Shown: piece after piece, positions 52,823-64,000 of the stretch
How positions within the stretch are numbered: position 1 is the first letter of the stretch
Layout: each line of letters opens with the position of its first letter
Source of the DNA: Octopus sinensis
Lineage: Eukaryota
Direction of reading: 5' to 3'
Assembly: GCF_006345805.1 (NCBI RefSeq)
Contig: NC_043013.1
Span: 4,712,001 to 4,776,000, forward strand
Length of the DNA stretch: 64,000 nt
Notes under the pieces: generated by a model
What the model was told of the DNA's origin: nothing
What the model saw: only the letters and a program-made list of their open reading frames with translations
Database searches by the model: none
Position numbers and translations under genes: made by a program

Positions 52823-53860
52823 TCATCATCATCATCGTTAAACGTCCGTTCTCCATGCTAGCATGGGTTGGACGGTTCGACCGGGGATCTGGGAAGCCAG
52901 GAGGCTGCACCAGGCTCCAGTCTGATCTGGCAGTGTTTCTACAGCTGGATGCCCTTCCTAACGCCAACCACTCCGTGAGTGTAGTGGGTGCTTTTTACGT
53001 GCCACCTGCACAGGTGCCAGGCGAGGCTGGCAATGGCCACGATCGGATTGGCGCATTTTACGTGCCACCGGCACGGAAGCCAGTCAAGGCGGCACTGGCA
53101 TCGGCCACGATTTGGATAGTGCTTTTTACATGCCACCGGCACGGAAGCCAGTCAAGGTGGCGTTGGCCACGATTTGGATAGTGCTTTTTACGTGTCACCG
53201 GCACAGGGATCACAACTGCAGTTTCCATTGATTTTGATGTTGGGTGTACTTGACTCAATGGATCTCCTCAAGCACAGGGTCGAAATGGTGTTTCTTCTTA
53301 AGCACAGTGTATTACCAGTTGTCCTACATCCTTTTTCATCCCCACTGTGAGGCTCAACACCTGAAGATGTCTCACCACTTCATTCCATGTCTTCCTGGGT
53401 TTTCCTCTTCAAAAGGTTTAGAGATCAGCACTTCATGATGCAGCTGCCCTCTCCATATGCATTATACAACCATATTAGTGCAGTCTTCTCTCTTGAACAC
53501 TACAACACTTATACCCAATTTGTTCTCTCAAAACATTTACACTTTATCGTACATGCACACCTACATTACCTATCCAGCAGAGAGCATGCTAGCTTCATTT
53601 CTTTCAAGTCTTCATAAGTCCTGTACTGTTATACTCCATGTTTCGCTGCCATGTAGTATAGCTGTCTGTACACAAGTATCATACAGTCTGCTGTTCACTC
53701 TGAGGGAGAGACTCTTTGAACTGTGCCCAGCCAGTTCTTATTCTAGCAGCTATGCTTTCAGAGCAACCTCCACTACTTCTAGCCTGGTTATCTAGGTAAC
53801 AAAAGCTATCTACTACCTCCAAGCATCCCATTGGACACTGAGATTTCCTCTGCTTTCTTC
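52823..53860 (-). mobile_element. RTE LINE 3' portion with repetitive 3' UTR and (GAT)n tail
   Basis: EVVDSFCYL, RIRTGWAQFKE, LHGSETW; the UTR has about 60-bp tandem GGCACGTAAAAGCAC units. Related pieces at 55171-55236, 56880-57220 and 58680-58950. Confidence 0.8.
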
Positions 53861-54802
53861 GTGTTTATTATACATGCACCTCTACCACAGAGAAAGACTA
53901 CTTTCTTTGTTAACCTTCCTGCTACTCCATTATACATCTTATGTGTCTTTAGCTTGCACTGTATGTAATCTCTATTTACATCTTTTCTACATATTGGGCA
54001 GGGTCATTTCCCTGAAGGGGTTTGAAATCTGCTTGCTTTCTTGCTTACTAGCATTTTAATCTTTGCTAAATTAACTCTAAGGCTTTTGTATATATGTGTG
54101 TGTGTGTGCGCACGTGCACACCCACACATATGGACATGCTTGCACTGTTGATTCTAGCTACAAGTCATCTCATAATCTACTCATGTGTACAAACAAAAAC
54201 AACAAAATTTGTAGATGGACAGAAGAATCAATGTGTGCATAAACATACAGAAAATACAACTAAAAAACAGAAAAGAAAGAAATTTCAACTTAAAACCAGC
54301 GGGGATGGGAGATACATAATGCACAAAGAATATGTTTCTGTGTTTGGCCAAAAGCACATGATGCTAAATGTTTGGTCAACGACTAAGGTTAAGCAACGAT
54401 GCACCACCTTACTGTAAGCAGAGAGGTCCAGTATCACATCAAGCTAGTACATGGAAATAACTGGCCTGATAATATGAGTACGTAATTAAAGAGGGCACTA
54501 AAAGGAGTGATAGTTACAATAGTTTGAGAAGCATATTCCTACAGTCTTCCAATTTAATTTTTGGTTTTACACAGAAATTGATAACAATGCCCAGCTTCCT
54601 GCTGGAATATGTAGATACCAAATATTACTTGTTCATAGTTTGGATCTGATGAGTATAAAGGCATATAGAGAGAAACCAACACATCTGTTTTTGAACTTCA
54701 GTTTGGTCTGAAAGTTACATAAGAGCAAGAACAAAATTAGCCACTATGCTATGTCAATATCTAAGCACAAACAAGGTTATATACATTATATATATATTTT
54801 TT

Positions 54803-54962
54803 TTTATTGCCCACAAGGGGCTAAACATAGAGGGGACAAACAAGGACAGACAAACGGATTAAGTTGATTACATCGACCTCAGTGCAAAACTGGTATTTTA
54901 TTTATCAACCCCGAAAGGATGAAAGGCAAAGTCGACCTCGGCGGAATTTGAACTCAGAACGT
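54803..54962 (-). mobile_element. SINE family 2, 5'-truncated
   Basis: Matches the family-2 body and tail. Confidence 0.9.
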
Positions 54963-56000
54963 ATACATTATAATCAACTTTTAAACTTTACTGAGGATAC
55001 TAACTGTATACAGCACATTTTCTGGTTGTACACCATTCAAGTGTCAAAGCAAGAACAATTCTAATAAGTAAGTGTTCTAAGTCCCATAGATAACTGATAC
55101 TCAATTTTTTAACTCTCAATTGATTAATTAGTTAATGAAGATTTCATTACCAGTTGGAATTATATTTTGCATTTCCGTCCAACCCGTGCTAGTGCGGAAA
55201 ACGGACGTTAAACGATGATGATGATGATGATGATGATTTGCTTGATGTTACAGACTTCAACAGCTTTTGGAAAAATTTGAAGGAAGAAATATCTGAAAAA
55301 ACTTTAAATTGACAAACAAGTAAAGACAAAAAGATTTTAATGTTTCTTTTTTCAGATATATTTTTATTTATGTAAAAAGAAGATTGGCTAATGGCTGAAT
55401 TATTGGTTGACATTTTCTTTCAGTTCCTACAAAAAAAAAAAAAAAAAGAATGAGGAAATATATAAAAAAATGATGTTTTTGTAAATATCAATGAAAACAT
55501 TAGCACAGGCAAAGATACAATAAGACTTTGTTAACACATTTTTATTACATGTAAATATTCTTCTTTAGAATATTATAAATAAATAAATACATACATACAT
55601 ACATACACACACATATATATATATATATATCTTAATTTTTACTTGTTTCACTCATTAGAGAGTGACCGTGCAGGAGCACTGCATCAAAGTATTTTCGGTA
55701 AACAAAATGACCCCAGTACTTATTTTTTAAAGTCTGGTACTTATTCCATTGGTCTCTTTTGCTGAACCACTAAGGGGACAGGGATGCAAACAAACCAACA
55801 CCAGTTGTCGAGGTTAGCCCAAGGCTACAGTAGAAGACACTAACCCAAGATGCCACACTGTACGACTGCACCTGGGACCATCTGGTTGGCAAGTCCTATC
55901 TAGAATGGAAATTTAGCTTTCAACTGCCAAAAGATGTGAAAATGATCCTAAATACCTATGAGCCATGGGGGGGCAATGAAGTCCATATTATCATAATTAA

Positions 56001-56308
56001 CCCCTTACCCGGCAGAAACGAATATATGCGTTTTGACCGAAATCGTTTTTTTCCATCTCTGGCGAGTTAACTCGTCAAAAGATAGACTCGCCAAAATCGA
56101 CAGCAAACGAGTTCCTTCGTCTAAAAACGGGTTAACTCGTTTCTGCCCAATGCCGTAATTTAAAATCAATATTATTGAATTAAAATTCATAATAAATAAG
56201 GTTTGAAATATACCTCGAAATCACCATTCAAAACATGGTAAAATAAAACAATTAAAAAATATGTCTGAAAAAATACATTTATTTTCAAAATAATTGTTGG
56301 GTAAGGGG
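56001..56308. mobile_element. piggyBac-type MITE
   Basis: TTAA|CCCCTTACCC ... GGGTAAGGGG|TTAA. Confidence 0.88.
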
Positions 56309-56486
56309 TTAAGATGGAATGACAGAAGCAGTTAAATGTTGTTTTCATTCTAGAATTAAATCCTACCAACATCAATTCATGAGATGGAGAAAAGGGATTA
56401 AAAGCAACAGGCAAAATCCTAGATGTTTGCTATTTCTATTACTAATACTAACAAACTTAGATTTATAATATGGATAGAAAAGATAT

Positions 56487-56836
56487 GTATGGCTGTGTGG
56501 TGAGAAGTTTGCTTCCCAACCACATGGTTCAGGGTTCAGTCCCACTGTGTGGCACCTTGGGCAAATGTCTTCTACTATAGCTTCAGGCTGACCAAAGCCT
56601 TGTGAGTGGATTTGGTAGATGGAAACTAAACGAAACCCATTATGTGTGTGTGTTGTCTTTCTGCTCAACCACTACTTGATAACTGGTGTTGGTGTGTTTA
56701 CAATTCTATAACTTAGCAGTTTGACAAAAGAGACCAATACAATGAATACCAGGCTTTAAAGAACAAAGATACGTTAGACTAAAATCCTTCAAGGTGGTGC
56801 CCCAGCATGGCCAGTCTAATGATTGAATCAAGTAAA
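56487..56836 (+). mobile_element. SINE family 1, diverged
   Basis: Recognisable head, core and tail. Other diverged fragments at about 6600-6730, 18900-19100, 19250-19435 (minus) and 55636-55900 (minus). Confidence 0.8.
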
Positions 56837-57234
56837 GCCCATTCAGAACATTCTCTAATAGTCACAGAAATGGTCATAGTTCAATTAATTAGGAAGAGAG
56901 TTAGTGTAGATGAGATGCAGCTTGGATTTGTGGAAGGCAAGAGCATGATTGATGCTATATTCCTGGTTAGGTAAATGCAGGAGAAGTATTGAGCCACATA
57001 AAAAGCATCCATGCCAGTTCTGCATAAATGCACCTGTGTCGGTGACACGTAAAATGCACCCAGCACACTTTGTTAAGTGGATGGTCTTAGGGAGGCCATC
57101 CAACCAAAGAAACCATGCTCCAACAGACAATTGGGGTCTGGACAGCTCCATATCAAACCATCCAACCCATGCCAGCATGGAAAACAGATGCTAAGCAATG
57201 ACATGGATGATGTTGATGATCTAAGAGTCTAGAT

Positions 57235-57960
57235 CAGTGTTTCCCAAACTTTTCACGCCAAGTTGTAATATCACCAAACTATTGGCCAAAAAATGCTCCA
57301 TTGCTCACCTGTGTAAAAAAAAGAACCCAACACAACCCCACCCCAACCAACACAAAATCCCCTAGGACCCCCCCCCCCCTGTATCATTTGACACACACGC
57401 ACTATATTGTAGACTCATTGCCCTGTTAGTGCTGTTCAGGCTAAATATGCGGTTGTTTACAAATCCCTTATTGTGGGTTTAGTTTTGCCATTAGTGTGAA
57501 TAAAATTCTAACGTTAACTCTATATCATGCAGACAGGTTGACTTCTGGAAACTTGCGCTTCCTTTTACACTGATTTTTATTTTCCCCAAATGAACCACTG
57601 ATCAGAAATACCAATGCAAAAATAATATAATGGAAAAATAAAACTTTTTTAATGAGAACCATGTGTCTGGTGCAGTGCAACTAGTGCGGATACATTCGGT
57701 TTCAAACTTGTCAACTTCAGCAGCAAGTCTCCTCATTGTATCACATCCAGTCCAATTCTTTTATGGGGAATGTTAAGTTCCAACAAGGTTAAAAGCAGAT
57801 TCAACCAGGTATGAGATAGGGAGGGCAAGCAAAAGTAATATCAGATGTTTCCACAGATTGGGGTAAGAATTCAATATACTCAGATGGTACCACAATGAAG
57901 TGGATAGTGAAGTATCTTCAAAGAAAAATGTTCATATCGCCCACCATTTTCTACAAAACC
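57235..57960 (-). mobile_element. hAT (Buster/Charlie-like) 3' fragment
   Basis: Terminus CAGTGTTTCCCAAAC after TCTAGAT; the minus strand gives GDLLLKLTSLKPNVSALVALHQTHGSH, a hAT C-terminal signature. Confidence 0.7.
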
Positions 57961-58009
57961 ACCCAACTGCAAGTTGAAATCACCCACTTTGGGAAGCTAT
58001 GGTCTAGAT

Positions 58010-58188
58010 CAGTGCTTTTTAAACTTTTTGCTGGAGCGGAACCCCAAGGAAACATTCCACTGGCTCGAGGAACCCCTGTGCAATAATTTAATAGTCTTAT
58101 GCACACATATCTGCACAGGAGGATTAAAAATTACTGCCGATTTTAGCAGTTTTGTAACTTCTTGCGGAACCCTGGTTGAAAACCACTG
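58010..58188. mobile_element. hAT MITE (inverted sister of 19684-19885)
   Basis: 8-bp TSD GTCTAGAT at 58002-58009 and 58189-58196. Confidence 0.92.
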
Positions 58189-58679
58189 GTCTAGATCATC
58201 ATCATCTTCCTTATTATTGTTTAACATCCGCTGCCTAGATTTTAGACAAATTGTAAATTGAAAAATTGCTCAACTAAAAATAAAGACAAATTTTTTAGAC
58301 ATTATAGAATGTAAACAATAAAATTTAAGCAAATTTTATACGGAAAACACCATATACATAATACAGAACAAATATATAAGTGTCATTTCTTAAAATACAT
58401 CCTGATAGTTCACAAAGTTGAAGTTCTTTCAAGGACTTGGTAAATAATATCTAAGAAGCAGATTAACAAATAACAGACAGTAATTTTTGTTTTTACAGGA
58501 TTTTAATATCACAACCACCCCCACCACTGCCATGTTGTATTCCTCTGCTCATATCCTGTTTTACTATGCATTTCATTTTACAATTGCCACATTGAAGTCA
58601 AAATAGTGAATAGATTGGGTTTCTCAAACTCTTCATAACTTCATAGCTTTCACATGATAAATAAATATTACTTATAACA

Positions 58680-58950
58680 TTGCCAGCGCCGCCTTGGCTG
58701 GCACGTTAAAAGCTTCAACCGATCGTGACCGATGCCGGACCCCCCCTGGCACCTGTGCAGGTGGCACGTAAAAAGCACCCACTACACTCGCGGAGTGGTT
58801 GGCGTTAGGAAGGGCATCCAGCCGTAGAAACTCTGCCAGATCAGACTGGAGCCTGGAGCAGCCCCTGGCTTCCCAGACCCCGGTCGAACCGTCCAACCCG
58901 TGCTAGCGCGGAAAACGGACGTTAAACGATGATGATGATGATGATGATGA
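58680..58950 (+). mobile_element. RTE-type 3' end / short non-autonomous copy with (GAT)n tail
   Basis: Reverse complement of about 52823-53060. Confidence 0.85.
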
Positions 58951-59256
58951 GCATTAATTCTTCATTTGTTTCTAAGGAGATTACAGTGGTATAATATTAG
59001 TATGAAAATTCAATTCTATAAAACCTAGTTGAAAAGGACTTGAAAAAGTAAACTGGGACTACTTCAATGTTAAATATTATTTTAAAAAACAAAATTGAAC
59101 TTTTGAACAAAATTCAATGAGCCAACATAAACTTTTATTTTTTTTAGAAAACTAAGGTTATGTATGACAAAAAGAGAAAAATATCGACAAAAACATTTAA
59201 ATTCTAATTAGTCTAACATAAATAGTCTAACACTCACCAATGAAGAAATACAAAGT

Positions 59257-59387
59257 TCAACCAATAAAATTCATCACTACCAAATGAAGGATGATGTTGG
59301 CAAATGTAAAATCTGCAAAAGCTCTCTCAGGACTGATACTGGTGAAATCTGATTTATTTTGAGGATTTACCTGCAGTCGAAGACACA
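59257..59387 (-). CDS. DAD1: Last coding exon of DAD1 / OST2 (oligosaccharyltransferase subunit); the upstream coding exon is not in this window
   Basis: Acceptor TTTTATTCTTTCAG at 59388; reads (V)[42 protein letters not shown], the conserved DAD1 C-terminus; donor GTGAGT at 59237. Confidence 0.96.
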
Positions 59388-59689
59388 CTGAAAGAATAAA
59401 AAAAATCAAGAAAATTCAAAATACTTGAGCTAAAAAACATATTGTGTGATATCTGGGACACATATACTATTAAATTAAATAAAAAGAGCTAATAAAACTA
59501 GTCAGAACCAGGAAGATTAATGGGGAAAGTAGACTTTCCTTGTGGTAGATGTGCAAGAGCATTAAACACTAGAAATTATGGGACATTTTCTCAAATATCC
59601 AGGACAATCCCCATTAATCTTGCAGACCCTAACCTGCTTGATATAGAATTAAATATTAATGTAATTAATATCTTGGAGGAAAATTTGAA

Positions 59690-59823
59690 TATATCTATTT
59701 CTTTACTACCCACAAGGGGCTAAACAAGGACAGACAAACGGATTAAGTCGATTATATCAACCCCAGTGCGTAACTGGTACTTATTTAATCGACCCCGAAA
59801 GGACGAAAGGCAAAGTCGACCTC
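59690..59823 (-). mobile_element. SINE family 2 body without head
   Basis: Matches the family from GAGGTCGACTTTGCC to the tail. Confidence 0.88.
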
Positions 59824-61480
59824 CAGGGCCCCGTCTCTCCTTTCCCTTTTTTCCTATAAAAAGGGAGGCTTTGTAAGCACTTCAAACAAATAGTGTGATT
59901 ATAATAACCAACCAAAAATATGAAAAATTTAACACAATCTCTCGTGGTGACTGATTTTGATGTGTTCTGGTGGTTGCTTGTTTTAATGTTTCTTTTTCTG
60001 CTGATTATTTCATCAACTCTGTGTTGTTGGTGTTTATGGCTGTGACCATCGTTTCTGTGGTGTTGGCATTTGAAGAAATGTCTTCAGGAGTTGTGTATCT
60101 CCCTGCTTTATTGGTGTTTGCTCCTCTTCCTCCTTCATTTTCTGACTATCTGCCATTCCTCACTACTTTCATCTTCCAACGAAAGGTCTGAGGAATCGGA
60201 AGAGGGTAAGGGCATGTTATAAGTGTCTGTGTGTTTCTGTAAGTGGCTGTGTTGTTGCTGGTTATTTGTGTGAGGTGTATGTGATATAGGGGAGGGGCAA
60301 TTAGTTTTTGAATCTTCTTTTGTTTTTCCTGTATCTTCACTTCTTGGTGTTTTTCCAGGAGTTGTTTTGTTGTCGATTATTGGTGATCTTTTTTTTTATT
60401 GTCTTTTGTGTTGAAGGTGGTGTGGGTAGCATGGTTTTATTCCAGGTTTTTGGTACTGGTTGTTGTTGTTCTTTTTTTTTTTGCGGCAGTTGGACAATCA
60501 TTTTTCAGATGTGTCTCACTGTTACACAAATAACACCATGGCTGCCTGCCCTCCACCACTACATACAACTTGTATGCTTCTGCTAATTGAATACTTGTGG
60601 GTAATTTATTAATCAATTCTTGATCGATCTGTAAAAGGATCTCCAGTGTTTTACCCACCCAGTCTTGCTGTTCGAGGACAGCAATTTCTAAAATGTTAGC
60701 TTCCTCCATTTCGAAGCAGATGGCAGATAATAACCATTGCATCTCTACCTCTGAATGCACATTCTTTATTGTCACCTTTGTGACTCTCTGCTCAAGATAA
60801 CTGGGTATCATTATTAACTGGTCTGTGCGAAGAGTGAGTGTTGAGAATTGTTTTGCTAGGTTTTCACAGTGAAAATGCACTTGAACAGTGGCAAATTTAT
60901 GCCACCAATTGATGTATTCTTTACGTGCCCTTACAGGGCAAACGCATTTTTCAATGTTTTCTTGCACTGCATTCTCAGGTTTTTTTGTTTTTGTACTCAA
61001 TATTTTTTTAGATGATGGGGGTTTTTTGGGTTTGTTCCGATATATTCTGAGGGATGTGTAAATGTAAATTTTCGCCTTCTTTTGTGAGCAGTGTTTTTGT
61101 CCCTTTGATTTGTTGGACAGTGAATGATACAATCGTTTTTTTTTTTTGTTTTATTACTTCAGAGAAATATTTGTCTTTTTTGGTGGTGGTGGTGGCAGCG
61201 GCAGTGGTGGCAGAGGTGTCAGTTGTAGCATTCGAAGGTGAAGTTGTAGTGGTGGTGTTGGTGTACATGGAGTTCATAGTGTACGACTTTGCGACAATAT
61301 CGTTGTTGGTGGTGGTATTGGCATTCATGTGTACGTTTGAATTCGTTTGTGTGAGATTTCTCTTTTCCTTCCTTCTTTCATGAAGTTGTGGTGAAGGCAG
61401 TATAGGAAACTCAATATCAAACAGTTTCCAAGGAGACCGGCATTTGTTACAAAACTGTCTTCATGACTTGAGGATGCCAT
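59824..61480 (-). mobile_element. Degraded ORF1-only Tx1-like element (third family)
   Basis: VVVEGRQPWCYLCNSETHLKNDC knuckle; upstream region similar to the 4464-5741 protein; frameshifted; no ORF2 before the SINE2 body. Confidence 0.7.
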
Positions 61481-61692
61481 CGTCGAATGTAAAATGGCTA
61501 AGCAAGCCAAAAACAAACTCAGGAAATCAGGAAACACGCCACATAGGGCAGGTTTCCTATGGAAACAATTTGCACAATCAAATCTATTAGTTGTTGCACA
61601 ACTTTTACATATAAAATATTATACAAGACACACTTTTGAAGGCAGGATAAAAGCAAACTTACTATGAGTTGATGTGACTATCGTCCGTCCAT

Positions 61693-64000
61693 AAGATAGA
61701 TAGACAGATAGATAGATAACTTTCTGTATTGGCCACACAGGGCTGAACACAGAGGGAACAAATACAAATACAGAGCTTTTCTTTTCGAAAATGAAAAAGA
61801 AAAAAAGGGTGGGAGAGTAAAATTCCAAGTTGGGGTGGGGGGAAGTGATCAAAAGGGATCGTGCATCACAAGAAATTTTTTAAATGTAAGAAACAAGATT
61901 AGGTTTATCTGTGAAAAGAAAAGCCTATGGAAAAGACCATGGTAACCTCAGACAGACAGGGAATAAACACGAGAGCAAAGTGCTCTCTCTCTCCCTTTTT
62001 TCGATTTACTGGATCATACTCAAAGTGGTTTCTTTGCTCGCATGCACCATCTTTGCTACATTCACCCACCTTTTTTTGAAACTTTCACGAGACAAAACCT
62101 GCCTCTCCATTCTCACCTTCCTTTTCAAGTGGTACTTGAAAAAGTTGATGAGCAATTAGCCAGAGAGGTAAGTGTTTGTTTCTAATCTTTTCACTCGAGT
62201 CCACCACACACATTCTTTCACCATGGCCACCAGTACGATGAAGTCTGCCTTGCCTTCCTGGTTGAGTGAAGGTGGCAGAGCAATTGCCACGATAGACTCA
62301 GCTGACAGGCGGACTCGTCCCACACGTGACAGCAGCCGTTCAGCATAAGCCCACAGGTCCGAAATGGCTGGACACTGCATGAGTGCGTGCAGAACAGTGT
62401 CATCGCTTTGACTGCATCTCAGGCAAGTCGGTCCTGTGTGTCTCAAACCATGCCTGTAGAGCTTATCCCGAACAGGTAATGCTTTTCGATAGCACTACCA
62501 GGCCAGGGATCTTTGGTGATTGTCCATAAGTCCCGGCCCGAAAGTTGTCCTGAACAGGAGGGTTAGGTGTTCCTCATCGACGCCCAGATTCTGCCCGAGA
62601 ACGTCATCGCACCTCCCCTCTACTAATCCTCTATAGAACACCTTTGTTGTAATGAAGTTGCACAAGTTTGGTCCCGGATGGCAGAGTTGCTTGAGAGCAA
62701 AGCGACACTCGCAGTGCCATTCGCCTAGCCTCGGTCTGTTTGATCCACAACAGCAGTTTGGCCAAGGAGACAAGCTGCAAGAAAGCACGCCACACAAACG
62801 GCAACCACACCTGTTCACCATCGTCTATGAAGCGCTGGAGATGTCCCAGTCTCAGCATATGTTTGTGCATCATCAACCACACCATGCCTAGCCCTCCATT
62901 TAGCGGGTGTTGACAGCAAATGGATCGCCTAACCATCAAAATGCTTCCCTTCCACAAGAAGTGGAAGAGTGTGTTCCAGTTTGGTGATGGTAGGGTCAGG
63001 ACAAGGCACGACGGTCAGACGGTACTCGATGACAGATGCAATGTATGCATTCACCACCTCCGCCCGACCTTTTAGGGATAGCTTCCTCTTGGCCAATTGC
63101 TGGGTGAGAGTGGTCACCCTAGTCGTTATTTTGCCCCAATTCTGCGTTTACAGGTCGAGACCAAACCAGACTCCAAGCAATTTAACCAGTCCATCGGTCC
63201 AGCGTCCCACGATGGAGACGTTGTTGGACAGCATGGGCTTGCTTCTCCAGATGCTGAGCCGCAAGCCCACTGACTTTTCTCAGTTAATTTTTGCTCCCAT
63301 TACCACTTCATATTCTTTTAGTGTCTTGGGTCGATGTGCTTGTGGCTCAACACTATGATGGTGACATCGTCCGCATATGCAGAGATGCTCCTCCCGCATC
63401 CCAGCTCTCGTGGGATGACCATCAGCATCGCCAACTTCCACAATAATGGCTCAAGAGTCAATATATACAGAAGCAACGAGAGGGGGCATCCTTGACGAAC
63501 TGAATGCATGATATTAAATGGTCTGGATAGATGACCATTTATGCGAACTACCAAGCGGATGCCACTGTATAAAGCAGCAATCCAACCGTGGAAGATGGGA
63601 CCAAAACCAGCTGCTTTAAGGACAGCCTCCAAGTAGCAATGGTCTACCCTATCGAAAGCTTTTGATTGATCCAAATTGATCAGCGCCCCACCCATGCCAG
63701 GATCCTTAGCTACCCTGTCTATGATGTAGCACATCAGATGGAGGTTGTCATGGATACTCCTACCCGGCACGACGCACATTTGCACCTTGTCAACTAGTTT
63801 CTCGATGACAAGCGCCAACCTCTCGGCTAACACCTTGGCCAAAATTTTCAAATCTGCATTGAACAGAGTGATGGGCCTGAAGTTATCTATGATGCTCCCC
63901 TTGTTTGGATCTTTCTTTAGTAGTGCCACTGCTCGTCGCTTTACAAAGACGGGGATACTCCCATTTTGCTGCCATGATGCCCCCAAACAAGTCTGGCATA
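61693..64000 (-). mobile_element. Tx1-like LINE copy D (more degraded), 3' end abutting a short (GATA)n
   Basis: Same family as copy A (DNFRPITL, DQSKAFDRVDH, RQGCPLS, YADD); tail GGCCAATACAGAAAGT then TATCTATCTATCTGTCTATCTATC. Confidence 0.93.

Noticed and set aside
54575-54712. Segment LVHSLDLMSIKAYRE, loosely like TSEN15; also a CTGATGA...GAAA pair
   Set aside because: The frame closes without a convincing donor, the similarity is short and from memory, and the hammerhead stems do not pair.

Overview
This is repeat-saturated, AT-rich animal DNA, most likely an octopus (inferred from the style of the tRNA-derived SINEs; not verified). Most of the window is transposon debris: a Mag-like Ty3/Gypsy element; Penelope-like elements (PLEs), several with hammerhead-ribozyme motifs; Tx1-like, CR1-like and RTE LINEs; three tRNA-headed SINE families; hAT, mariner, Tc1, piggyBac and Merlin-like DNA elements; and microsatellites. 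The only host coding sequence I recognise is the last coding exon of DAD1/OST2 (minus strand, 59257-59387). A CpG-rich promoter-like island lies at about 47.6-48.3 kb, next to a frameshifted DAD1-like relic. The main signal is a set of linked, apparently target-directed Tx1-type retroelements. (1) An ORF1-only element with an intact 425-aa ORF sits inside a SINE head with a 15-bp TSD, and a diverged second copy has the same 3' junction. (2) A Tx1 family is stacked head-to-tail in (TAGA)n tracts. (3) A second SINE family shares its 3' tail with a Tx1 LINE. There are also hammerhead motifs with a compensatory U3-A8 core. All alignments and folds were done by eye.
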